From IMG/VR virus record IMGVR_UViG_3300012205_000277, positions 1-64,000 of that record: DNA of 64,000 bases, one strand, 5' to 3'. The position numbers and the translations under genes are program-made. Positions 9,577 to 18,727 of this stretch are shown here, piece after piece (the first letter of the stretch is position 1; the number at the start of each line of letters is the position of its first letter). A model generated the notes under the pieces. It saw only the letters and a program-made list of their open reading frames with translations. It made no database searches and had not been told where the DNA came from. Origin of the DNA: a virus.

Positions 9577-11256
9577 TCAGGCCGGGGCGACGAACGGTCC
9601 GCAGCCGGTGCGGATCGCGGAAACCCATGGCATGTAGTGCGCCAGGACTTCCTGTACGTAGGTACCGAAGGTCCACTGGCGCGTCACGATCGGCCATTCG
9701 ATCGCGTAGTAGTCGCGCTGCATGAGGAACGTGCGTACCGCGGGGATCCGGCTGTGCGGATACGGGTTCTTGTTGATGTCATAGAGCATCGTGCCTTGCG
9801 GGAACATGGGGTGAATGCGAATCGGGATAGTGTCGCCGCCGGTCGGGTTGACGCTGTACTTCGATTTGTAACCGGTCACGACGAACCCGCCGAGGATGCC
9901 GGCTTGCTGCTCCATCTGGCTGACCTGGAACATGTAGCTGTTGTTCCCGGTCGAAGAGAAGATGATGGCGGACTCGAGGTTGGCTTTGACGTCGGCGGAA
10001 ACCCAAATGGCATCGGGCTGCGCCTGGAAGTTGGTCCAGAGATATTGGAGGTCGCTTTCGAGTTCGGCGACTTGGCCGTTGCCTGCCGGAGTGAACGATC
10101 CGCCGTTCATATCGGTCCACAGGCCGTTCTGGAAAGTATAGGTGCCCAAGCCGTCGAAATCGGTTGGCTGGAAGCTGTTGTCGGTCGAGAGCCCGGCGGC
10201 GTTGCCAAGTTGGGTGCCGGCGGCGACGGCGGAAATCGTGTAGTTCGGCCAAGCAGTGATGGCGCCAAGCTTGACGTTGCCGGTGGCGGCGGTGACGTTG
10301 ACGCCCCAGAACCAGGCATAACCAACGGCACCCTTTACGGCGGGCACGGAAACGGTGACTTTCTGGGCCGTGGCGTTGGTCGTAACGATGGCGGCCACGT
10401 TTGAAATCGAGCTGCAGCCGCAAGCCACGTTCGTCGTGCTGCCATCGGCGTTCGTCCGGCTATAACTCGGGGTGATGCCGTTGACAACGCTTGGCGGCGC
10501 CGCATAACCGGCTTGGCCGCCCGGGTTCATGCCGTAAGCGGTGATGGCCACGACTGCGGCGACAACGTTTGCGCCGTTGCCAAGAGCGGTGCCGGCAATC
10601 AAGGTCGAGGTTACGTTCGGAGCCTGCCCAAGGGCGAAACCGAGGTTTCCCGCCGCCGTGCCGCTGTTGCCCCACAGCGTCATCATCTCTTCTTGCAGGC
10701 GCAGGCGCGCCAGGTTGCGGAAATGCTCATCGGCCAGGTTGTCGGTGTAGCCTTCGCCGGCAAACTGTGCCGTGAAGGTTTCCCCGCCTTCCATGCCGAG
10801 TTCCTTGTAGGTGGCCAGGTAATCGATTTCGTTCGGGGTGGCCGTCGCGTTGCGCTGCCCTTCGAGCACGCCGGCATAGACAAACGTGGAATTCGGATTG
10901 CGCGTGGCCTTCCAATGCGCCGCGGTGCCGACGCCATCGTTGACGCGGCCTTGGCGGGGGATCATCTGGATGAACGGAGTGAGCAGCGGGAAAATGAAGT
11001 AGGCCGGTCCCCGGAGGTCGAAAAAGTTGAAGCCCGTGCTGGTCGTGACGCCCGCCTTGATCAGCGCGCGCCCGACCGCCTTGACGAGCGGGTGATCCCA
11101 GTTCCAATCCTTCGGGTCGACTTCGCCGCCCAGCGTCTTCGGCATGGCTCGCTTCATCAAGATAGCGAGTTCCGATCCAGGAGCGTACGCCTTGGCCATG
11201 CTGCTGCGCGACCCGGCCATGGCGGCTTTGTAAAAATTCTGATCCATGCTTTTCAT
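9577..11256 (-). CDS. Putative major capsid protein with central beta-rich insertion
   Basis: Follows protease and scaffold; strong codon bias; DLRGPA..IFPLLTP...IPR and IRIHP.FP.GT segments. Confidence 0.75.
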   Translation of the reverse strand: MKSMDQNFYKAAMAGSRSSMAKAYAPGSELAILMKRAMPKTLGGEVDPKDWNWDHPLVKAVGRALIKAGVTTSTGFNFFDLRGPAYFIFPLLTPFIQMIPRQGRVNDGVGTAAHWKATRNPNSTFVYAGVLEGQRNATATPNEIDYLATYKELGMEGGETFTAQFAGEGYTDNLADEHFRNLARLRLQEEMMTLWGNSGTAAGNLGFALGQAPNVTSTLIAGTALGNGANVVAAVVAITAYGMNPGGQAGYAAPPSVVNGITPSYSRTNADGSTTNVACGCSSISNVAAIVTTNATAQKVTVSVPAVKGAVGYAWFWGVNVTAATGNVKLGAITAWPNYTISAVAAGTQLGNAAGLSTDNSFQPTDFDGLGTYTFQNGLWTDMNGGSFTPAGNGQVAELESDLQYLWTNFQAQPDAIWVSADVKANLESAIIFSSTGNNSYMFQVSQMEQQAGILGGFVVTGYKSKYSVNPTGGDTIPIRIHPMFPQGTMLYDINKNPYPHSRIPAVRTFLMQRDYYAIEWPIVTRQWTFGTYVQEVLAHYMPWVSAIRTGCGPFVAPA

Positions 11257-11307
11257 TGCTGTGCTCCTAACGGAAATTTCGCTTCTTGAATCTTGGAACC
11301 GGCCTTA

Positions 11308-11991
11308 TCAGGCTTCGACGTCGGCCAGTTTTTCGAATTCCATGGGAACCGGGATCTTCTCCGCTGCGGCCGGCGCGCCCGCGCGGGGAACGGCAGTGAT
11401 CCCGGGCCGGTTCGGAGTGACCGCGGATACCGCCGTCGGTATGATCTTGTCGCCGAGCGTGGCGGAAATCCCCTTCAGCACCATCTCGCGAATCTTTTCC
11501 TGGACCGCAGGGTCGGTGTCGAAACTTTCCAGAGCCTTCTTGGTCAAATGCTGGGTCGTTTCATGAATCATGGCTTCGATGCCGCCGGAAGGCACAACAA
11601 GAGCAGTGCCATCGGCGCCTTTGACAACGCCAACGGTGCTGCCGCCCCACTCCGCGGCCATGGCCTTCATGGCGTCGATTTCGGCTTTCATCGTTTCGGC
11701 ATGAGCGGCATGCGCTTTTGCAAGGGCCTCGTGATGCGCGGCCATTTGCGTGTGGTGCGTGGCGCCCTTGGCCATGTGCGCCTTCATGTCGTGATCGTTG
11801 GCCATGCCGTCGTGCGTGGCCTTGTAGTGCGCGGCATGCTCGCTGTGCGCCGCCTTCATCGCGTCATGGTGCGCCGCTGCGGCGGCATGGAAAGCGTGGG
11901 TCTTTTCCAGGTCCTGCGCCTGCTTTGTGAAGAAATTCCCGATGGAGCGCCCGGCCTTCTCAAGATCGGCTGCTTCGGTAAGTTTGAACAT
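11308..11991 (-). CDS. Putative scaffolding protein, His/Ala-rich
   Basis: Between protease and capsid; GGAGG SD before MFKLTE; helical composition. Confidence 0.6.
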   Translation of the reverse strand: MFKLTEAADLEKAGRSIGNFFTKQAQDLEKTHAFHAAAAAHHDAMKAAHSEHAAHYKATHDGMANDHDMKAHMAKGATHHTQMAAHHEALAKAHAAHAETMKAEIDAMKAMAAEWGGSTVGVVKGADGTALVVPSGGIEAMIHETTQHLTKKALESFDTDPAVQEKIREMVLKGISATLGDKIIPTAVSAVTPNRPGITAVPRAGAPAAAEKIPVPMEFEKLADVEA

Positions 11992-12025
11992 CGTTCCTCC
12001 TAGAATCTTTAGAAAAAATCCCGTT

Positions 12026-13228
12026 TTAGGCCACGCGCGCCTTGACTTCGGCAAGCATTTCGCGCGTCTCTTCGTCCACCATGGCGACCAGCGTCTGTGT
12101 CAGCGCGGCCACGTTACCGGCCAGCATCTCGGGCAACTGCGAATTTTCGTCCAGTTCGTATTCCTGCTCGCAGGCAACCGAAAACACCAGGCAGGCCAGT
12201 TCCTCGAGCGAACAGGCTAAGCGCGAAACTTCCCACATGCCCTTGGCCAGCTTCCCCATATCGGCGTCGAGCGCGGCCAAGCGCTGGCTGGCAATCTTTT
12301 CCAGGTTCTGATTCAGATAAACCCGCGCGGACTTGCGCATCAGGGTGCGGATGGCGGCAATCTTCGTTTCCTCGGTAGTCACATCGACCCCGAATTTCTT
12401 GGCGGCAGCAACGATCTTGCCGCGTACTTTGGCCTTCTCTTTTTCCGGCGCGGCCACCATCTTCGCAATGCTCCGGCGGACATAGCCGGCTTCGTGCACC
12501 GGATAGTCCCAAGTTTCCGTCTTGTCGAGGTCGGGAACATGCGCAAAAGCCGTGCTCTCTAAATCCTTTCCGCCTATTCGCTTGGTTTTCTTGACTGGCG
12601 TTGCTGCTGCTGCTGCCGCGGGCATGATCCCTGTCGTAATCGGCGTCGCTTTGACTGCCTTCAAGAGGCTGACTTCGGCCTCGAGCGCCGCGATCCGCGG
12701 ATCGGATCCAGGAACTTCCGTCTTGAGGAACTTGCGCATTTCAATGCTTCCGTCGGTCTTTATGTATGCGAAGTGAGCCGTTGGGAGGCAGGGGTTGTCG
12801 ACTAAAGAAATTTCTGACGGATTCGCCACGTAGCGCATGCAGTTTTTGAAAACCGGATCGGGAACTTGATTGCCGACTTTGCGGCCGCCTTGAGAAAAAC
12901 CGGTGTAAACTCGCTCTTCGACTTTTTTCCAGGCATCGTCGTCAATTACCTTAAAAGTCATTTCGATCTCTTTGTCGGAGTCATCGAAATTGAATCCGAT
13001 GCCCTTGCCCACCGCGGAAAGCTGATGCATTTCTCGCAACGGCATGATATTCGCGCCGTCGGTGGCTTTTGACATTTCCGTGATCAGCGCCTGGTAGTAG
13101 GGCTTGGATTTTTCATAATCGCAAACTTCAAGATCCTTATCGGGCAATTCGGCGGTGACGATGCCCGACACTTCGCGCTTGGCGGCATTCACCTTTGTAA
13201 AAGGGAGGAATTTTAAGAGGTCAGACAT
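12026..13228 (-). CDS. Prohead protease with C-terminal extension
   Basis: REMHQ (His), YTGFSQGG (Ser), EISLVDNP. Confidence 0.82.
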   Translation of the reverse strand: MSDLLKFLPFTKVNAAKREVSGIVTAELPDKDLEVCDYEKSKPYYQALITEMSKATDGANIMPLREMHQLSAVGKGIGFNFDDSDKEIEMTFKVIDDDAWKKVEERVYTGFSQGGRKVGNQVPDPVFKNCMRYVANPSEISLVDNPCLPTAHFAYIKTDGSIEMRKFLKTEVPGSDPRIAALEAEVSLLKAVKATPITTGIMPAAAAAATPVKKTKRIGGKDLESTAFAHVPDLDKTETWDYPVHEAGYVRRSIAKMVAAPEKEKAKVRGKIVAAAKKFGVDVTTEETKIAAIRTLMRKSARVYLNQNLEKIASQRLAALDADMGKLAKGMWEVSRLACSLEELACLVFSVACEQEYELDENSQLPEMLAGNVAALTQTLVAMVDEETREMLAEVKARVA

Positions 13229-13412
13229 TTCACAAAAACCGTATCGAAGAAATGCACCACATACAACTAATTTCTTATAACTAGGATTGGCAGCATTAGA
13301 AACTTAGGCTGCGGGGAATAAAAACTTAGGCTGTTTCTGTTAAAATCAAGCGGCGGACGGCTGTTGAAAGCAGCGCGCCCGCCAGCATAACGAGTCGTTG
13401 GAGGACTCAACC

Positions 13413-13892
13413 ATGCGCTCTCACTTTAATGGCAAACCGGTACAGTTTCAATGGTTGATTCACCGGGTCAAAGAACACAAATCAAATAAATGTCTATTCT
13501 GGGATGGCCGTCTTGAGAAAACCGGATATGCAAGGATTCGGTCAGAGAATGGTCCAAAGGAATTCGTCCATCGAATAGCATATCGGCTGTTTGTAAAACC
13601 AATCCCGAAAGGCAAGTTTGTTCTGCATCATTGCGACAATCGTTCTTGTTTTTGGTATATGCATCTTTATCTTGGTACAAAGAAGAAGAATTCGGAGGAT
13701 ATGGTCGAACGCGGGAGAAGCATGCGCGGAGAAAGGAATTGTAAAGCAAAGCTCACACCAGAAAATGTTATTGAGATACGAAGGCTTTACAAAGAAGGAA
13801 TCAATGCAACGGTCTTGGGATTCCGCTTCGGGGTGGATAGAACCGTAGCGTGGCAGGCCGCCACGCGAAGAACATGGAAATATTTAACCTGA
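13413..13892 (+). CDS. HNH endonuclease (zinc-binding type), antisense to the head operon
   Basis: HRIAY..F...IPKG..VLHHCDN..C....HL.LGT...N..DM..RGR, AKLT...V.EIR; GGAGG SD. Confidence 0.88.
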   Translation: MRSHFNGKPVQFQWLIHRVKEHKSNKCLFWDGRLEKTGYARIRSENGPKEFVHRIAYRLFVKPIPKGKFVLHHCDNRSCFWYMHLYLGTKKKNSEDMVERGRSMRGERNCKAKLTPENVIEIRRLYKEGINATVLGFRFGVDRTVAWQAATRRTWKYLT

Positions 13893-14753
13893 AACTTCTG
13901 TAACGATTAAAACACATGCACAATTCGGATGATCTGGCGGCATCACCGAGCCGCTGGCAAATGGTTTATTGATTTCCATTTCTCCTTGAGCTTCGTTAGT
14001 TAAACATTCGTCGCAAGGTTCAAGATTCGATGTGAGCCATTTCACTTTCCTCACTAGCCCCGACTGAATCCAGGCCGAAAAATTTCCCCCGGCTTGCGCC
14101 CGACTGATTTCCGTTCTAGCAATCATGGCCGCTCGCGCTTCGCTAAAAATACCACTACCGGTTGCCTCTTCTTCCAGTGCCTCATGAATAGCTGATTTTA
14201 TTTCTTCAAGCGGAGTCTCTTCGGTGAAGGCGTCAGCAATAATTTCACGTATTTTATCACGGCTCGTATTTGATATTGCCCATTTAGCGTCCGGATTCTG
14301 AACGAGGGTCCCTTCGACGTCCCGTTTCATGCCAACCATTTCGGCGGCACGCTCGCGAGCATAATTTTCGGCAGTGGTGTTGGCCGATGCGATCATGCCG
14401 GCAGTGGAGAATTCAATCTGCAGAGCTCCCTGGCCGATCCCGGAGAGCATCGCGGATTCGAGTGCCGGCTGGACCTCGAGCGGCAAGCTTTCCCATTCTT
14501 TTTCTAGCGCGGCAATCACAGCGTCGGCGAAGGCTTGCACATCGTCATCGAGAGACTTCCGGAGCAGCTTCGCGTAGCTTTTCGAAGCATGGGGCCCGGC
14601 GATGGAATTAGCCGAACTGAAGGCGATGCGTTCGCGCTCGGCCGCGGAATCGCCTTGATGCTTTTTCCACTCGCTGTTAAAGACGTGCAACCATTGACGC
14701 CGGCGCGACGAGGGAACGTATTTAGGGACCTGCGACTCACTAGAGTAAGGCAC
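13884..14753 (-). CDS. Minor head protein (Mu gpF/SPP1 gp7-like) with N-terminal ChaB-like domain
   Basis: RA.MIARTE, W...PC..C..N, PP.HPNC.C; N-terminal MPYSS...P...W..VFNS.W. Confidence 0.85.
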   Translation of the reverse strand: MPYSSESQVPKYVPSSRRRQWLHVFNSEWKKHQGDSAAERERIAFSSANSIAGPHASKSYAKLLRKSLDDDVQAFADAVIAALEKEWESLPLEVQPALESAMLSGIGQGALQIEFSTAGMIASANTTAENYARERAAEMVGMKRDVEGTLVQNPDAKWAISNTSRDKIREIIADAFTEETPLEEIKSAIHEALEEEATGSGIFSEARAAMIARTEISRAQAGGNFSAWIQSGLVRKVKWLTSNLEPCDECLTNEAQGEMEINKPFASGSVMPPDHPNCACVLIVTEVSG

Positions 14754-14791
14754 GGATGGATTGTGACTTCAGAATTGCCGACTCGTCAAGG

Positions 14792-15193
14792 TTATCTTCC
14801 GGCCAGCCGCGAGTTCATCCATCCCATGGCTTCTTCGATGCCCCGAGATGGAACTTCGACTTCGAATTCCTTATCGTCAAAATAAATTCGCCGAAGCTTC
14901 TTTGCTACATCAGCAGATGCTGCATCAGCAGGCCGAAAATCCCATAGGCATGTTGGTACTTTGGCGAGATTACGCATTTTTATCATCAAATCCCAGGTCC
15001 CGTACCGCCAAAGTTCGGTTTCGGGGTAGAACAGGCCGGCTTCTACTGGTTCGTTCAAAATCACTTCCCGGGCTCGCTTGTAAGCAATTGCGTCCGCCCA
15101 CATTTGGTCGTCAGCCGCTGCATTCAATTCCGGCGCCACAAAGAGGCCGATGATCCCGCCGAACAGAACTTTGAAAAAGGATTTACGCTCCAT
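14792..15193 (-). CDS. Hypothetical protein with Tat-like signal
   Basis: MERKSFFKVLFGGIIGLFVAPELNA. Confidence 0.65.
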   Translation of the reverse strand: MERKSFFKVLFGGIIGLFVAPELNAAADDQMWADAIAYKRAREVILNEPVEAGLFYPETELWRYGTWDLMIKMRNLAKVPTCLWDFRPADAASADVAKKLRRIYFDDKEFEVEVPSRGIEEAMGWMNSRLAGR

Positions 15194-15590
15194 GATTGAT
15201 CCTCAGCCACCGTCCGTCAGGAAGTGTTATAGTGCCAGTCTCTCGAAATTGCCGCATATTGTTTTTAAACGCCGTCACCTGCTCTGTTGTTGGCTGCTTT
15301 GGGTGTAAAAGACCGCATTTCTGGCAATCCTCCACATTAAACAGAAAGCCTCCCAGTTCGCCGTTCGGTTCACCGACTATGGCGGCAGCCTCTTTAAGCG
15401 TTAGGCGCGTGGGTTGTGATTGGCAATCCCAGGCTATACCAGGAGGAAGTAATCCGGGCATGCCCGGAGAATAATCTACCGTCATCTTAATATCGGTTGG
15501 CCTAGGCCACAAGCAAACGGCCTTCAGTTTTGCCGCCAGCACCGCGAACGGCGATAGCAGAATGGTGCGAAGAAAAGATTTACGTTCCAT
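15183..15590 (-). CDS. Hypothetical protein with Tat-like signal
   Basis: MERKSFLRTILLSPFAVLAAKLKA; GGAGG SD. Confidence 0.65.
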   Translation of the reverse strand: MERKSFLRTILLSPFAVLAAKLKAVCLWPRPTDIKMTVDYSPGMPGLLPPGIAWDCQSQPTRLTLKEAAAIVGEPNGELGGFLFNVEDCQKCGLLHPKQPTTEQVTAFKNNMRQFRETGTITLPDGRWLRINHGA

Positions 15591-16011
15591 ATTGCCTCCT
15601 CAATCAAAGTTCCTGGTCGTTGTTACGAGGTAAGAGTCCTTGCCCCTAATCTCAATGGTGAGCGTCTTAAACGCCGTACAAAGAGCTGGAGCTAATTTTT
15701 TTAGCAGTTCGTCGTCCAACCCTTCAGACTCCAAGGTAACAACGGTGCGAACCGACCAACTGTCACCTTTTTTATTTGGTTTGGTTTTACTAGTGGTTAT
15801 CTTCATAGCGATCCTATGTAGCTGAGAGTGGTCGAGCCACAATTCGGGCAATATTTCCAAGCTTTGCTGGCGATCCCTACACTATTTGATTCGCATACCA
15901 GACATTCAAAAACTTTTGCCCTGAGCAATAATTCTATAAGTTCTGTCGCGGCCGGCATGCCTTCTGCACAAGTTCGGAAAAGTTCTTCATCGGTCATTTC
16001 TTCCGCTGATT

Positions 16012-16257
16012 TCATAATTGTCCCTTTGTCCTAACGCGCGCCTTCGGCTGCTCGCCGCCGACAACGCTCTTGCGAATGAACTGCTCGATATCCGACTCGC
16101 GGTATTTGATTGCGGAGCCCAAGCGCACAAAGGGCAGTCGAGGCGTGCCGAGTGATCGCCACTTTTCCAAAGTTTTTGGACTAAGGCCGAGTTTCTCGGC
16201 CGCTTCTCGCTGATTCAGCAGTTGCGCGGATGTCATTTTTTCCCCCCAGGGAAACAA
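16012..16257 (-). CDS. Excisionase-like/AlpA helix-turn-helix protein
   Basis: LLNQREAAEKLGLSPKTLEKWR...P.VRLG..IKY...DIE.F. Confidence 0.85.
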   Translation of the reverse strand: MFPWGEKMTSAQLLNQREAAEKLGLSPKTLEKWRSLGTPRLPFVRLGSAIKYRESDIEQFIRKSVVGGEQPKARVRTKGQL

Positions 16258-16263
16258 TTCCCG

Positions 16264-17217
16264 CTAATATACAGTTTTTGGAGTAGCTGCAAATTCACAC
16301 TCACCATTAGGCTGCCTCTCCGCGCATCGTGAGATCGTCCTGATTAATCCAAATACGTTTTCCATTCTAGCCCTTTCCTTGAGATGGTCTCTGGCGAATT
16401 GATCCAAATGTAAAATTGACAAACGAATACAATTCATCCGAGTCTTTATGTTTTCTCCAGGAACCATCCATCTGTCCAGGTCTTTAAACCACCAGATTGC
16501 ACAATTAAGTTCCTCATAGTTGTAAACATGCCCGCTTGGGCGCGGCCATAAAACCTCGCCATACATTACGGTTCGCTTCTCGTTTATTTGAAGAGGTTTT
16601 TTACGTTCCTCGTACATACGGATATCTGTTTGTTTGCGGAGCCCGTCAATAATGATTGACTCCGTCGTTGCTGGATGTGCGATGATTCGTTCCTTTGCCG
16701 CTATGGCTATTGGCAAAATCCGATCACGCACGGCAATCAAATCATCGGTTTTGGTTAAATCGTATCGCAGTCGAGTTCTGTGGTTTAACTTGGGGAATAG
16801 GGTGCGAAGGGTAGGTTTCGCAAAGACCTCGGATGTCGATATAAGAAGGCCGTTGTCCATAAGAGTTAAAAATAGGTTCCAGATATCTTGGCTACCGGAC
16901 CGCTTAATTGAGCTTGCTAGATATGACCTGGTTTGCAAATTTTTTATAAAGACGGCTAGTTCTTCCGCTCGCGGAAATGTATAAAATGCCCCATGTCTCT
17001 GTCTGGTCAGGGCATTTGTAGACCCGGACATTTTGTCCGGACCCGGCAAAATGTCCGGGTCGTACGGGGGATTGACTGGCACTGTGGCAATTCCCACCGA
17101 TGTATCTTCCGGTTGGCTGATAATCGAGACGTGCGAAATAACCGATGCATGACCGCATCCTGACAGTTTACCAATAAAACAATTAAGTTGCTCTTCTAAT
17201 TCAGATTCTGGAATCAT
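16264..17217 (-). CDS. Hypothetical protein (AT-richer)
   Basis: 317-aa ORF with AAGGA SD. Confidence 0.65.
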   Translation of the reverse strand: MIPESELEEQLNCFIGKLSGCGHASVISHVSIISQPEDTSVGIATVPVNPPYDPDILPGPDKMSGSTNALTRQRHGAFYTFPRAEELAVFIKNLQTRSYLASSIKRSGSQDIWNLFLTLMDNGLLISTSEVFAKPTLRTLFPKLNHRTRLRYDLTKTDDLIAVRDRILPIAIAAKERIIAHPATTESIIIDGLRKQTDIRMYEERKKPLQINEKRTVMYGEVLWPRPSGHVYNYEELNCAIWWFKDLDRWMVPGENIKTRMNCIRLSILHLDQFARDHLKERARMENVFGLIRTISRCAERQPNGECEFAATPKTVY

Positions 17218-17248
17218 GTATTCCTTTGGAACCCCAGGGGTTGCCCAG

Positions 17249-17458
17249 CTAATCCCGTGTTTTGTGATCCCTTTTTAGAAATGCTTCCAAGCTGGTTTTG
17301 GGGATGAGTGTCTTACGGCCGATCTTCCTCCTCACCAGTTCCTTTGCTTTAAGCAGGTTATTGACGGTGCGAATCGAAATGCCCAAAAAAGTCGCGGCCT
17401 GCGATTTGGTGTACAGCGCCGGCTCAGGGCGCCAGTCGAGTTGGAACGTGTCCGCCAT
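17249..17458 (-). CDS. Excisionase-like helix-turn-helix protein
   Basis: LYTKSQAATFLGISIRTV..L....EL..RKIGRKTLI. Confidence 0.85.
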   Translation of the reverse strand: MADTFQLDWRPEPALYTKSQAATFLGISIRTVNNLLKAKELVRRKIGRKTLIPKTSLEAFLKRDHKTRD

Positions 17459-17536
17459 CTTTCATTGCACCAGTGCGAGAGCTGTTTCGTATTGGTCCTA
17501 TAGATTCCGGAACCGGCCGGAGGACTCCGCCTTGTT

Positions 17537-18526
17537 TTAATCGGCCGCGTCTTGCTTTGCGCTCGCAGGATATTGAACTTCGATTGGGCCGGCGGTGGCA
17601 TTTTTCTTAAATATACTTAATTTGTATACCCTGCCAAAGGAAAATTCCCGTAGCGCAAATGCTGCGACTCCTAGTTGCTTGGCAACACTGAGATGCTCTT
17701 TACGTTCGCTTGCATCCTGGGCATCTTCGATCACTTTACCGGCCTGAACAAGCACGTCCTCCGTACCATCGGGACTCGCTCCGGACTGTAGACGTCTCAG
17801 CTTCTCCAATAGTTCTGATTCCGGCCATTGCCAAAGAAGAAAAAGATAGGCCATCGTAGAAATCTTATCTAATTTCAATATTGGCTTTACCTGTCCCTCC
17901 ATCGACTTTTCAGCTATACGGATCGCCGTGTCAAGGATCGCATCTTGCCGTTCCATTTCCTGCTTGATTTCTTGCGGCGATTTCAATGCAGCCTGGCGAT
18001 TCCCTGCGGCGACGCGGTATGTTGCACTCACTTTAATGATTATTTCCTTTAGTCTCGCATTCAAGATCCCATCCATTTTGGCTGCGTCGGACGCACGGCG
18101 CACCTTAGGATTGTCGACAGTATCGATCGCATCGCGCGCCATTCCGCATACAATGGTTACTTTAAGCGAGTATCCCGCCATCGCCGCGGCGGCAAGTCGG
18201 TTTTGACCATCAGCCAGAGTGCCATCTTTGTAAAAACCAATCGAGGCACAGTTGAATTTCCATAACCCAGTAGTCATGCGCCGAACAAGTTCCGCAACCC
18301 ACTTTGAGTCAAGATCACGGTTGTGCTCATTGGTCGCCATAAATAACAACGCGCATACGCACGGGGAAAGTGTTTGTATCTTGCTAGCTTCGTGGCCAGC
18401 TTTAGCTATAGCCAATAGCTCTTCGAGATCGGCGCTATCTTTCGGCGAAGCATTTGCGGCAATTGATTCAATTTTCTTGCGGATCGTTACCTCAGGACTG
18501 TCCAGGGAAAATAATTCACGGTTCAT
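17537..18526 (-). CDS. ParB/Srx-like (DGQxR) domain protein
   Basis: NRDL....V......M..G.W..N...I.F..DG.L.DGQNRL.A. Confidence 0.7.
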   Translation of the reverse strand: MNRELFSLDSPEVTIRKKIESIAANASPKDSADLEELLAIAKAGHEASKIQTLSPCVCALLFMATNEHNRDLDSKWVAELVRRMTTGLWKFNCASIGFYKDGTLADGQNRLAAAAMAGYSLKVTIVCGMARDAIDTVDNPKVRRASDAAKMDGILNARLKEIIIKVSATYRVAAGNRQAALKSPQEIKQEMERQDAILDTAIRIAEKSMEGQVKPILKLDKISTMAYLFLLWQWPESELLEKLRRLQSGASPDGTEDVLVQAGKVIEDAQDASERKEHLSVAKQLGVAAFALREFSFGRVYKLSIFKKNATAGPIEVQYPASAKQDAAD

Positions 18527-18614
18527 AAATGCTCCTTTTTACGCAATCGTTTTAATTGGCCGAGCCACGATTTGCGATGTTCGGAGCTGATAACTTAGAG
18601 TCTTTGAATATAGA

Positions 18615-18643
18615 TTGTCAAGGACTATTTTAGGGTGTAAGAT
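18615..18643 (+). promoter_or_regulatory. sigma70 promoter of pentamer RNA 2, overlapping a divergent leftward promoter
   Basis: + strand TTGTCA-N17-TAAGAT; - strand TTGACA(18621-18616)-N18-TAAGTT. Confidence 0.7.
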
Positions 18644-18646
18644 TAT

Positions 18647-18727
18647 GGCGGCACGGAGTGGGTTGGCTGGGCGGGATTTGGTCAGTCAGGAAGAGGCGTG
18701 CAACGATAAGGCATGGCAGGCATGGTT
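18647..18727 (+). ncRNA. Pentamer-repeat candidate guide RNA 2
   Basis: 13 pentamers 18650-18714, each starting with G, then GGCAGGC. Confidence 0.75.

Noticed and set aside
9637-12003. Long + strand ORFs opposite the capsid and scaffold genes (likewise 39703-40914 and 35978-36718 on the - strand)
   Set aside because: Shadow ORFs caused by GC-biased codon usage of the real genes.
16012-17458. Integration/excision module
   Set aside because: Excisionase-like HTH genes are present, but no integrase or att site is recognisable in the window.
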